Shown here piece after piece: positions 8,995-17,549 of a stretch of DNA of 64,000 nt. This DNA comes from a virus. Location of the stretch: positions 1 through 64,000 of the IMG/VR virus record IMGVR_UViG_3300034082_001419; one strand, written 5' to 3'. The notes beneath the pieces are model-generated. The model made no database searches, was not told the origin of the DNA, and saw only the letters and a list, made by a program, of their open reading frames with translations. Position 1 is the stretch's first letter, and every line of letters starts with the position of its first letter. The position numbers were made by a program, and so were the translations under genes.

Positions 8995-9951
8995 TTAGTT
9001 GGTTTTCCATTCAAAGAGTTTGAAATGGTAAGAGAAGATGGTATGAACAAATGGGTTCCTGAAACAATTATGGATACATATATCAAAAACAGATATAAGC
9101 CAACAGGAAGAAATAGAATGAATTATGCAGCTCCAGAATGGATTGAAGGTAAAACTAAAGGTGGTATTTTATTGCTAGATGACTGGAATAGAGCTGATTT
9201 ACGCTTCATACAAGCCTGTATGGAATTAATTGATAGACAGACTTATGTATCTTGGAAATTACCAAAAGGATGGACAATATTGTTAAGTCAAAATCCTGAT
9301 AATGGAGACTATTCAGTTACTGCACAAGATATTGCTCAAACAACAAGATATATTACAGTTGAAATGAAATTTGATGTTAATACTTGGGCTAAGTGGGCTG
9401 AAGGATTTGGAATTGATGGCCGTGGAATAAATTTTATTTTAATGAATCCTGAACTTGTAACACAAAATGTTAATCCAAGAGCTATTACTACTTTCTTTAA
9501 TGCTATTAGCTCTATTGAAAAGTTTGAAGAGCAGTTACCATTAATCCAAATGATTGGTGAAGGTTCTGTTGGAGCTGAGTTCTCTAGTATGTTTACTATG
9601 TTTATTAATAACAAGATGGATAAGATTATTTCTCCTCAAGATATTATGACTAATACAAGTGAAGCATATGTAGTAGGAGCATTAAATGGTGCGGTAGGTA
9701 CAGGAGATGATTTTAGAGCTGATATTAGTAGTATAATTACTACCAGATTAATCAATTATTCATTAAAGCATGCATCTGAGCATGCAGTTAGTGATGCAAT
9801 GATTAACCGTTTGGTTAAATTGACTACAGATTGTGAAGCTTTCACAACTGACCTTAAATATTACATGGTAAAAGAGATTCTTGCAGGTAACAAACCTAAG
9901 TTTGCTAGACTAATGCAGAATGCTAATGTAATTAAAATGGCAGTTAAATAG
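8995..9951 (+). CDS. Exon 2 of MoxR-like AAA+ ATPase
   Basis: Walker B ILLLDDWNRA, sensor SQNP and NPR motif. Spliced product about 391 aa. Confidence 0.85.
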   Translation, partial: LVGFPFKEFEMVREDGMNKWVPETIMDTYIKNRYKPTGRNRMNYAAPEWIEGKTKGGILLLDDWNRADLRFIQACMELIDRQTYVSWKLPKGWTILLSQNPDNGDYSVTAQDIAQTTRYITVEMKFDVNTWAKWAEGFGIDGRGINFILMNPELVTQNVNPRAITTFFNAISSIEKFEEQLPLIQMIGEGSVGAEFSSMFTMFINNKMDKIISPQDIMTNTSEAYVVGALNGAVGTGDDFRADISSIITTRLINYSLKHASEHAVSDAMINRLVKLTTDCEAFTTDLKYYMVKEILAGNKPKFARLMQNANVIKMAVK

Positions 9952-9961
9952 ATATTAACAT

Positions 9962-9990
9962 AAAGCGGTGTAAAAAGCCGCTTTTAATTT
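9962..9990 (+). terminator. Probable terminator hairpin
   Basis: Stem aaagcggt / gccgcttt followed by a T-rich run. Confidence 0.55.
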
Positions 9991-9996
9991 AAAAAT

Positions 9997-11307
9997 ATGG
10001 AAAATACATTAATAATAAAACTACAGATTTCAAACTCTGATTACTATGATAATCATGATTTATCTTTACTTGATATTAATACAGAAGTTGATTTACAATA
10101 TGCTACATTTAACAGTGTAAGAACCTTGTTTCCTGTAACAACAGGTTATGAACCAACTACAGGTGATAAATTATTTTTTGCTAAAAGTGTAAATATACCT
10201 CGTGTAAAGCTTAAAAATCTTACAAAAGATTATAAAATAAAAGCTACAACAAAGATTGAAGAGGCAAGTGCAGTATTTATTTCAGATAATACTACTGCAA
10301 AATATACAGAAGCACGTTGGCATTATAATGTAAAAACTGAAAAGTTTAAAGAGTTTTTTCAAGGTGCAGTTGATGGTGGTTATATTGATGATTATTATGC
10401 AAATAAAGTAAATACAGCATTAGAGTTCTATGAAAATGAATATATTGCTATTGAATATAATACTAAAAGTATATTAGAAGATGTTCATATTCCTTTTAGA
10501 TTAACTGAAGGTGTAAGTTTTTCATCTCAAAGATTGCAATATATTAGTGATGAGTATGTTAGTTCATATAAAGACATGCTTAACTTTACTGGGCCAATAT
10601 ATGATGAATCTGAATTACTAAAGTATTTAAATGGTAGTGATGCATTAGCTATTGAAGAGAACATGTATGAAAGTTTATGTGAGATGTTTGATAGCTCAGA
10701 TAGAGATAATCATACATTAGCTATGGAGATAATGGCTAATTCACAGTTTGAAGATAGTATTTTATATTTAAGTTTATTGTTTAATAACTACTATAATAGA
10801 ATACAAGACTCAAGGAGTAAAAGCCATGTGAATTTTAAATCTTTACTTGCATTAATGGATATCAGAAGCAATTATTTTCATTTAGATATAGATCAAATAA
10901 TTGAGAGATTGAAAAAGCATGGTAAGTTGACTAAAGAAAATGTTGACATAATACTAAAGAAACTAGGAGACAAAATCATTAATGGTGGTGACTCAACGTA
11001 TTTTAAAATTAAAACAATTACAATGACTGAAGAGATGTTGGCTGTTTTGAATTTAAACTATGAGTATTCATTACATGGTGATTTTACACCACAATCTCCT
11101 GAGATTGAAGAAGAAGTTGTAGAAGAAATAGTATCTCTAGAAGAAGAAGCTGTTACTGCAACTGTAGAAGAAGAGATTGTTGAAGAAGTGGTAGAAACAA
11201 TTGAAGAAGTTGTTGAAGAAGTAGTTAACACACCTACAAGAGAGTTAATAGACTTTGACAATGTAATAGTAGAACCTAAAACAAATAATGATGGGTATTT
11301 CTTATAA
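9997..11307 (+). CDS. Hypothetical protein with a Glu/Val-rich low-complexity C-terminus
   Basis: 436-aa ORF; internal segment resembles the 4990..5400 product. Confidence 0.7.
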   Translation: MENTLIIKLQISNSDYYDNHDLSLLDINTEVDLQYATFNSVRTLFPVTTGYEPTTGDKLFFAKSVNIPRVKLKNLTKDYKIKATTKIEEASAVFISDNTTAKYTEARWHYNVKTEKFKEFFQGAVDGGYIDDYYANKVNTALEFYENEYIAIEYNTKSILEDVHIPFRLTEGVSFSSQRLQYISDEYVSSYKDMLNFTGPIYDESELLKYLNGSDALAIEENMYESLCEMFDSSDRDNHTLAMEIMANSQFEDSILYLSLLFNNYYNRIQDSRSKSHVNFKSLLALMDIRSNYFHLDIDQIIERLKKHGKLTKENVDIILKKLGDKIINGGDSTYFKIKTITMTEEMLAVLNLNYEYSLHGDFTPQSPEIEEEVVEEIVSLEEEAVTATVEEEIVEEVVETIEEVVEEVVNTPTRELIDFDNVIVEPKTNNDGYFL

Positions 11308-12298
11308 TGAAGAATTAAATCAATTTTATAAAAGTGACTTTTATTTTAGTTACTCAAGTATAAATAAGCTGTTGTATTCACCAGCAGCTTTTTATAGACA
11401 CTATATCTTAAATCAAAGAGAAGATATGGTTGATGCTCATTTAGTAGCCGGGAAAGTAGTGCATTGTTTACTACTTGAACCAGAAAAGTTCAATGATGAA
11501 TTTATTGTAATACCAAGTAATTTACCAAAAGATAATAATAGATTACTTGTAGATGAAGTCTTTAAGGTTTTTCAATCACAACCTGATACAGATTTGACAT
11601 TAGCAGATTTTCCTGATTCAATAATTAGTGTACTTGTTGGTATTAATTTACACCAGTCATTGAAAACTGATGAAGGTAGAATTGCAAAGATGGTGACTGA
11701 ACAGAATACACAGTACTTTGAATTTTTAAAAGTAAAACAAGGTAAGACTATTGTAGATCAAACTACATTAGACACAGCAAAAGAATCTGTAGAGTTATTA
11801 AGAAACCATGAGACTGTAAGAAGTTTAATGCAACTTGATAATGATAAAGATGAAAATGTAAAAATATATAATGAAGAAGGAGTACAGATAAAATCAAGCA
11901 AGTATAAGTTTGGATTTAAAGGTATCTTAGATAATGTAGTAATGGACTATAATACTAAGACTTTGTTCATTAATGATTTAAAAACAACTGGTAAGGCTAT
12001 TCAAGACTTTCCAGACTCAGTGCAATATTATAAGTATTGGATACAGGCCGTCATGTATAAACAGTTGAGTTTGGGTAAATATCTTAGAGAATTACCAGAC
12101 GCAGCTGAATGGAAGGTTGTAATTACTTTTATTGTGATTGATAGAGCTAATTTAATTTACCCATTTCAGGTATCACCAGAAACATTAAAAGTATGGGAAG
12201 AAAACTTTAAAGATATATTGAATGTAGTAGACTATCATTATAGCAATAAAGATTTTAGTTTACCATATGAATTAGCAACCGGTAAAATTAAATTGTAG
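11288..12298 (+). CDS. PD-(D/E)XK exonuclease (RecB/RecE-like)
   Basis: FSYSSI...G..VH..LLEP N-terminus; KGILD...INDLKTT and Q...Y motifs. Confidence 0.8.
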   Translation: MMGISYNEELNQFYKSDFYFSYSSINKLLYSPAAFYRHYILNQREDMVDAHLVAGKVVHCLLLEPEKFNDEFIVIPSNLPKDNNRLLVDEVFKVFQSQPDTDLTLADFPDSIISVLVGINLHQSLKTDEGRIAKMVTEQNTQYFEFLKVKQGKTIVDQTTLDTAKESVELLRNHETVRSLMQLDNDKDENVKIYNEEGVQIKSSKYKFGFKGILDNVVMDYNTKTLFINDLKTTGKAIQDFPDSVQYYKYWIQAVMYKQLSLGKYLRELPDAAEWKVVITFIVIDRANLIYPFQVSPETLKVWEENFKDILNVVDYHYSNKDFSLPYELATGKIKL

Positions 12299-12302
12299 AA
12301 TT

Positions 12303-12869
12303 ATGAGTATTGATGCGCTTTATAAGAATTATTTTCAAAAATCTAAGATATTTGTCTATCCGCTCTTAGGTATAAAAAAGGGTGTAAGTGTTACTCCAGT
12401 CCAAACTTATTTTGGCTGGAATGACTATGTAACACCCGAGGATATGAAACTAGTTGCTGTATATCATGAGAGAACTGATCAAGATTACATCAACTTTGAA
12501 AAAAATGTATTACTGAAACATAATCGGCTGAGTGATTACATTAAACTAAATGACACTGAAGTATTATATACATTTGATTTTTCTGATATGGAGTCAGATT
12601 GGATGCATTTAATTAATGGTAGATATAGTAAGATGAATCCTACAGTAAAGCGCAAAATAAGGGACCATTTTGATAAGAATGGGAGTAATTACATGTATAT
12701 GGATAGTTTCTTGTTTCCTGAAAAGTATTTCAATATTTATTCTGAGTTATTAGGAGTAGATGAGGAAGTATTAAAAAATGTAGGGGAACTATGTACTACA
12801 CCAGACATGGAAAAAGAAATATTAATGGTTGCTGTAAAAGAGTTGCAGGATCCAAAAATAAATATGTAA
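12303..12869 (+). CDS. Hypothetical protein
   Basis: 188-aa ORF in operon context. Confidence 0.65.
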   Translation: MSIDALYKNYFQKSKIFVYPLLGIKKGVSVTPVQTYFGWNDYVTPEDMKLVAVYHERTDQDYINFEKNVLLKHNRLSDYIKLNDTEVLYTFDFSDMESDWMHLINGRYSKMNPTVKRKIRDHFDKNGSNYMYMDSFLFPEKYFNIYSELLGVDEEVLKNVGELCTTPDMEKEILMVAVKELQDPKINM

Positions 12870-12891
12870 TTTGTAAAATAAATAAAATAAT

Positions 12892-13278
12892 ATGACAGGA
12901 GAAAACACAATGACATTGATCAGTTCAGAATGGAATGGTCACAGTACTTTTAGAATGATACCAGTATCTAATGATGCACCGTATGTAGAATGTATTTATG
13001 ATTTAACTTCAGGGTTATTTGTAATCATTGGTAAGGTAACTAAGACAAGTTTGCATATGTTACCAAAATTAGATGAGAATGGTGATCCAATGGGTACACA
13101 AGCAATGAGAGCAAATGGTAGAAATGTTAAAGAAGAGAGAATCTCTAGTGAAACATTTCAAGAGTATTATTTGGATGACAAAACTGATATTAAAAACTTA
13201 ATTAACTACTTAGGTGTTAACTCTAAAGATTTTGATTTTCAGACTACATTAGATAAAGCAGTTGTAGCTGCAAAATAA
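12892..13278 (+). CDS. Hypothetical protein
   Basis: 128-aa ORF with an A-rich leader. Confidence 0.65.
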   Translation: MTGENTMTLISSEWNGHSTFRMIPVSNDAPYVECIYDLTSGLFVIIGKVTKTSLHMLPKLDENGDPMGTQAMRANGRNVKEERISSETFQEYYLDDKTDIKNLINYLGVNSKDFDFQTTLDKAVVAAK

Positions 13279-13288
13279 TTTAATAAGT

Positions 13289-13321
13289 CACAGAGTGTCA
13301 TCCGTGATGCTCTGTGCTTTT
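13289..13321 (+). terminator. Hairpin / possible terminator upstream of the DNA polymerase
   Basis: 12-bp stem cacagagtgtca / tgatgctctgtg with a tccg loop, then ctttt. Confidence 0.55.
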
Positions 13322-13358
13322 AACTAAATAGGGGAAACAGCTTAACTGAATATGGATT

Positions 13359-15359
13359 ATGGGAGAAATTACTAAGACCCACTGGGTTATGGATTATGAA
13401 ACAATGCAAAATTGTTTTATTGCATGTTTTGAAAGTATAAAAACTGATGAGAGACATGTATTTGTAATGCATGATTTACAGAATGACTGGGATGAATACA
13501 TTGAGTTTCTAAAGAGAAACATACTCTATAATGAATGGCATGTATCTTATAATGGTTTAGGATTTGATGGTCAGATAACTGAGTATATATTACAGAATGC
13601 TGGTAGTCTATCTTTCATGGCTGGATCTGAAATTGCTGAATGGGTTTATAGTAAAGCTCAATATGTGATTAATAAGCAAGGATCTGGTGAGTTTCTAGAT
13701 TTTTATGAAAAGACTATGAGCATCAAGCAAGTAGATGTATTCAAGTTAAATCATTGGGATAATCCTGCTAAGAGATCAAGTTTAAAATGGATACAGTATA
13801 GTATGGATTGGCCAAGTATCCAAGATATGCCTTTACACCATACTACCAAAGTGACCACATTTGAGCAAATTAACATGATAGTTGATTATTGTTGGAATGA
13901 TGTTGTGTCAACTAAGCAGATAATGCGCCTAAGTAAAAATCAAATTGCATTAAGAAAAACATTGACAGAGGAATATAATATTCCTTTATTTAGTGCTTCA
14001 GAACCAAGAATTAGTAAAGAGTTATTCTTACATTTCTTGAGTGAGAGTACTGGAATTAAAAAATATGATTTAAGACAGTTGAGAACTAAGAGAGAAAGCA
14101 TTCCTGTAAAGGATATTATTCTTGATTATGTAAAGTTTGAGACTGCAACCTTTCAAAAGCTATTATCAGTATTTAATGATATTGTTGTATATCCAGAACA
14201 TACAAAAGGAGGCTTCAAGTATTCTATAAACTATAAAGGTGTTAAAACTGATTTTGGTTTAGGTGGTATTCATGGTGCAAAGACAAGTGGTATCTATAAG
14301 TCTAATGAAGATATGATGATAATGTCAAGTGATGTTGTCAGTTATTATCCAAATCTAGCTATTAGAAATAACTGGGCTCCTGCACATTTACCTAAAGTAG
14401 AATTCTGTGAGCTGTATGAATGGTTCTTTAATGAGAGAAAGAAGATAAGTAAGAAAGATGTAAGAAATTATGTATATAAGATTATTCTTAATTCAACTTA
14501 TGGATTAAGTAATGATGCAAATAGTTTTCTGTATGATCCAGAATTTACTATGAGAATAACTATTAATGGTCAGTTAAGTCTTTGTATGTTATATGAGATG
14601 ATAATTGAAGAGATACCTAATGCAGTACCATTAATGCAAAATACAGATGGTTTAGAGACTATCATACCAAGAGAATATCAGGAAAAATATTTGGAGATAT
14701 GTGCTAGATGGGAAAAGATTACAAGTCTTCAACTAGAGCATGATACTTATAGTAAAATGATCATAGGTGATGTAAATAATTATATTGCTGTACATGATTA
14801 TAAACTTGTTGATGAAGATAGATATAATGAAATGAAACAAGAGAATCCACATTATCTTTTTAAAGAAGGGAATGGTACTTTCTATTATGCTGCTACTAAG
14901 TGTAAAGGTAGATTTGAGTTTAATAATCTGGCCTTGCATAAGAATAAAAGTTTCTTAATTATTCCTAGAACTATATATAACTATTTTGTACATGGTGCGG
15001 CACCAGAGGATTATCTGAAAACTCAAAATAATATCTTTGATTATTGTGGAGGTGTTAAGATAAAAGGTGACTGGTCATTTCAAGAAGAAAAAGTAGAGAA
15101 TGGTGAATATCAAGTATCAAAGCTCCAGCAAACAATCAGATATTATATATCTGAGAGAGGGAGCAAGATAGTTAAAAAGAATAACACAGATGGAAGACAA
15201 ATACAAGTTCAAAGTGGTAAGTGGATGCAGACTGTTTTTATTAACTATGTAGAGAAACCATTTGAAGAGTATTTAGTCAATCCCAAGTTTTATCTAGAAA
15301 AGATAAATAAAGAGATTAAACAGTTAGAACCAATTATTAATCAGTTAAAATTATTTTAA
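13359..15359 (+). CDS. polB: DNA polymerase, family B
   Basis: Exonuclease motifs DYE and YNGLGFD; polymerase motifs DVVSYYP, KIILNSTYG and NTDG. Confidence 0.92.
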   Translation: MGEITKTHWVMDYETMQNCFIACFESIKTDERHVFVMHDLQNDWDEYIEFLKRNILYNEWHVSYNGLGFDGQITEYILQNAGSLSFMAGSEIAEWVYSKAQYVINKQGSGEFLDFYEKTMSIKQVDVFKLNHWDNPAKRSSLKWIQYSMDWPSIQDMPLHHTTKVTTFEQINMIVDYCWNDVVSTKQIMRLSKNQIALRKTLTEEYNIPLFSASEPRISKELFLHFLSESTGIKKYDLRQLRTKRESIPVKDIILDYVKFETATFQKLLSVFNDIVVYPEHTKGGFKYSINYKGVKTDFGLGGIHGAKTSGIYKSNEDMMIMSSDVVSYYPNLAIRNNWAPAHLPKVEFCELYEWFFNERKKISKKDVRNYVYKIILNSTYGLSNDANSFLYDPEFTMRITINGQLSLCMLYEMIIEEIPNAVPLMQNTDGLETIIPREYQEKYLEICARWEKITSLQLEHDTYSKMIIGDVNNYIAVHDYKLVDEDRYNEMKQENPHYLFKEGNGTFYYAATKCKGRFEFNNLALHKNKSFLIIPRTIYNYFVHGAAPEDYLKTQNNIFDYCGGVKIKGDWSFQEEKVENGEYQVSKLQQTIRYYISERGSKIVKKNNTDGRQIQVQSGKWMQTVFINYVEKPFEEYLVNPKFYLEKINKEIKQLEPIINQLKLF

Positions 15360-15360
15360 G

Positions 15361-16512
15361 ATGGCCGTAAGAACACAAAATTGTACAAAAGAATACTTAA
15401 CTAGTATTCCATTACCAACTCATGCAGATAGCTATACAGTTATCTCGCATGAATTTGTCATTAATCATGCTAAAGAACAGTTAGAGTTCTATGGTTTTGA
15501 GATTGAGAAAGAAGCATATAAAGCTAATGCAGATGGATCTATTGCTCAAGGTATTTACTATTTAAACTATGCAAAAGATCCTGAAGTTGGGATGATGTTT
15601 GCCTGGTCTAATAGTTATAACAAGCAAATGAGATTTAAGTGTGCTATTGGTGGTTATGTTTTCATATGTATGAATGGTGTAGTAACCGGAGATATGGGCT
15701 CATGGGGAAGAAAGCATCTTGGAACTGCAGATGTTGAAACAGTTAAAACTATCATTGATCAAATCAGTAATGCTAATGTGTACTTTGATAGAATTGTCAA
15801 TGATAAAGACATAATGAAAAAGATTACTCTTAGTGAAAGAAAACAAGCAGAAATGTTAGGTGTATTATTTGCTGAGTATGAGATACTTACAACTGAGCAA
15901 ATGTCAACTGTTAAACAACAAATGGATAAACCAAGTTATGATTATAACTGTGAAGTAAATTCATTATGGGCATTTTATAATCATGTTACTTATGCTTTAA
16001 AGAAAGCTCATCCAAGAAACTGGATGGATGACCAGAGAAAGTTTCATTGGTATATTGCAATAGAGTTTGATTTAGTTAACTTTACTGAGGATATTGAATT
16101 AGAAGAAGTTGATCCATTAGCATTAAACTATGGTGAACCTGAGAATCAGTTAAATATTCTTACTGAGATAGAAAGAGTTGAAGAAAATACAGGATTTAGT
16201 CAACTTGCACAAGATGCTCATGATTTTGAAGAGTTCATAGCAAATGAGATGCGTGAATCAATTATATATGAAGATCCAGCAGGTAATACTTTTGAAGTAC
16301 CGTTACTTGAAGTTGAGCCAGAATCTGAATTAGTTTTACCAACTACTGATCAGATTATCTTTGAAGGACTTAGAGCTGCAGATGAAGCTAAAGTTAAAGC
16401 AATAGTTGAAGTAGAAGAGGTTAAAGCTACTGAAACTAAGGTAGTTGATGACTTTGACTTTAATTTTGATGACACTAAAGAAGATACATTAGGAGGAGAA
16501 TTCTTCCTATAA
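15361..16512 (+). CDS. DUF932-like protein with a long acidic C-terminal tail
   Basis: NSYNK...G..VF.C.NG and SLWAFYN.VT.ALK motifs. Confidence 0.55.
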   Translation: MAVRTQNCTKEYLTSIPLPTHADSYTVISHEFVINHAKEQLEFYGFEIEKEAYKANADGSIAQGIYYLNYAKDPEVGMMFAWSNSYNKQMRFKCAIGGYVFICMNGVVTGDMGSWGRKHLGTADVETVKTIIDQISNANVYFDRIVNDKDIMKKITLSERKQAEMLGVLFAEYEILTTEQMSTVKQQMDKPSYDYNCEVNSLWAFYNHVTYALKKAHPRNWMDDQRKFHWYIAIEFDLVNFTEDIELEEVDPLALNYGEPENQLNILTEIERVEENTGFSQLAQDAHDFEEFIANEMRESIIYEDPAGNTFEVPLLEVEPESELVLPTTDQIIFEGLRAADEAKVKAIVEVEEVKATETKVVDDFDFNFDDTKEDTLGGEFFL

Positions 16513-16556
16513 AGACACTTGCTCCAAGGGAGTATAGTTAAACAAATATATCAATC

Positions 16557-16586
16557 AAGGGATGCAGAAATGTATCCCTTTTTTTT
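16557..16586 (+). terminator. Rho-independent terminator
   Basis: aagggatgca-gaaa-tgtatccctt followed by a T-tract. Confidence 0.8.
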
Positions 16587-16607
16587 ATCTTTACAAAAAT
16601 TAAAATT

Positions 16608-17006
16608 ATGAAAATACAGTTAGAGGCAGTAAAGAATTTCCATGAGGGATTTCAACAAATAAATGGTACTGAGCCATTATTAATAAGTCATGATGAAGTT
16701 CAATTAAGACATAGACTTATGGCTGAAGAGAATGATGAGTATATTCAAGCAGCTTTAGAAGGTACTGCAAGTGCAGATCAAAGACTGGTAGGTATTGCTG
16801 ATGCATTGGGTGATCAACTCTATATTTTGTGCGGTACCATATTGAAACATGGAATGCAAAATATTATAGAAGATGTGTTTGCTGAGATCCACAGTTCTAA
16901 TATGAGTAAATTAGACTCAGATGGTAAACCATTATTAAGAGAGGATGGTAAAATCCTTAAAGGACCTGGTTATTTTAAACCAAATCTTAAACAATTCATT
17001 AAATAA
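16608..17006 (+). CDS. MazG-like / all-alpha NTP pyrophosphohydrolase
   Basis: EENDEY...DALGDQLY...EIHSSNMSK...REDGKILKG motifs. Confidence 0.85.
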   Translation: MKIQLEAVKNFHEGFQQINGTEPLLISHDEVQLRHRLMAEENDEYIQAALEGTASADQRLVGIADALGDQLYILCGTILKHGMQNIIEDVFAEIHSSNMSKLDSDGKPLLREDGKILKGPGYFKPNLKQFIK

Positions 17007-17221
17007 TGGAGGCAATATTAAAATTTGATCTACCTGAAGAGGCAGATGACTTTGATAGTGCAGTTAATGGTTATAAGTTCAAACTTATACTATGGGATAT
17101 GGATCAACACTTAAGATCAATTGCCAAGTATAGTGAGGATGGTGAAAAAGCTGAGATAGCACAAGAATTAAGGGATAAACTACGTGAGTATTTTTCAGAA
17201 TATAATGTATCAATAGAATGA
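17006..17221 (+). CDS. Hypothetical protein
   Basis: 71-aa ORF, translationally coupled to the previous gene. Confidence 0.65.
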   Translation: MEAILKFDLPEEADDFDSAVNGYKFKLILWDMDQHLRSIAKYSEDGEKAEIAQELRDKLREYFSEYNVSIE

Positions 17222-17373
17222 AAGCAAAATATAATAAGAAGACAGTTTATGTAAAGCGTATATCAAGTGATGGTGAATATGCTTTAGTAAGTTATGATAA
17301 AAGTAAACTTACAGGTTTATTTAAAGTAAACTTACCAGATTTAGAAGAGTTAAATATTAAAAGTTTAAAATAA
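17218..17373 (+). CDS. Hypothetical 51-aa protein (not in the ORF track)
   Basis: ATGA overlap; MKAKYNKKTVYVKRISSDGEYALVSYD...; ends just before the terminator. Confidence 0.55.
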   Translation: MKAKYNKKTVYVKRISSDGEYALVSYDKSKLTGLFKVNLPDLEELNIKSLK

Positions 17374-17375
17374 TT

Positions 17376-17409
17376 AAGGGAGAGCCACTACGGTTCTCCC
17401 TTTTTTTTT
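17376..17409 (+). terminator. Terminator at the convergence of the two transcription arms
   Basis: Stem aagggagagcc / ggttctccctt with a T9 tract, between convergent genes. Confidence 0.8.
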
Positions 17410-17544
17410 CTACTTTCCTTGACCTCTGTAACCTTTTTTATATAACTTAGATTTTTTCAGTTTTGATGTACCATTTTTAGAATGTATACCTGGTCTTGAT
17501 ACTTTTGCTGAAGCTCCTGCGCCTCCTGTTGTTTTACCTGTCAT
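17410..17544 (-). CDS. Small basic 44-aa protein (not in the ORF track)
   Basis: MTGKTTGGAGASAKVSRPGIHSKNGTSKLKKSKLYKKGYRGQGK; starts just after the upstream stop. Confidence 0.6.
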   Translation of the reverse strand: MTGKTTGGAGASAKVSRPGIHSKNGTSKLKKSKLYKKGYRGQGK

Positions 17545-17549
17545 TGTAT

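Noticed and set aside
11100-11230. gaagaagtt-type repeats as a CRISPR array or regulatory repeat
   Set aside because: Low-complexity Glu/Val coding sequence with no repeat-spacer structure.
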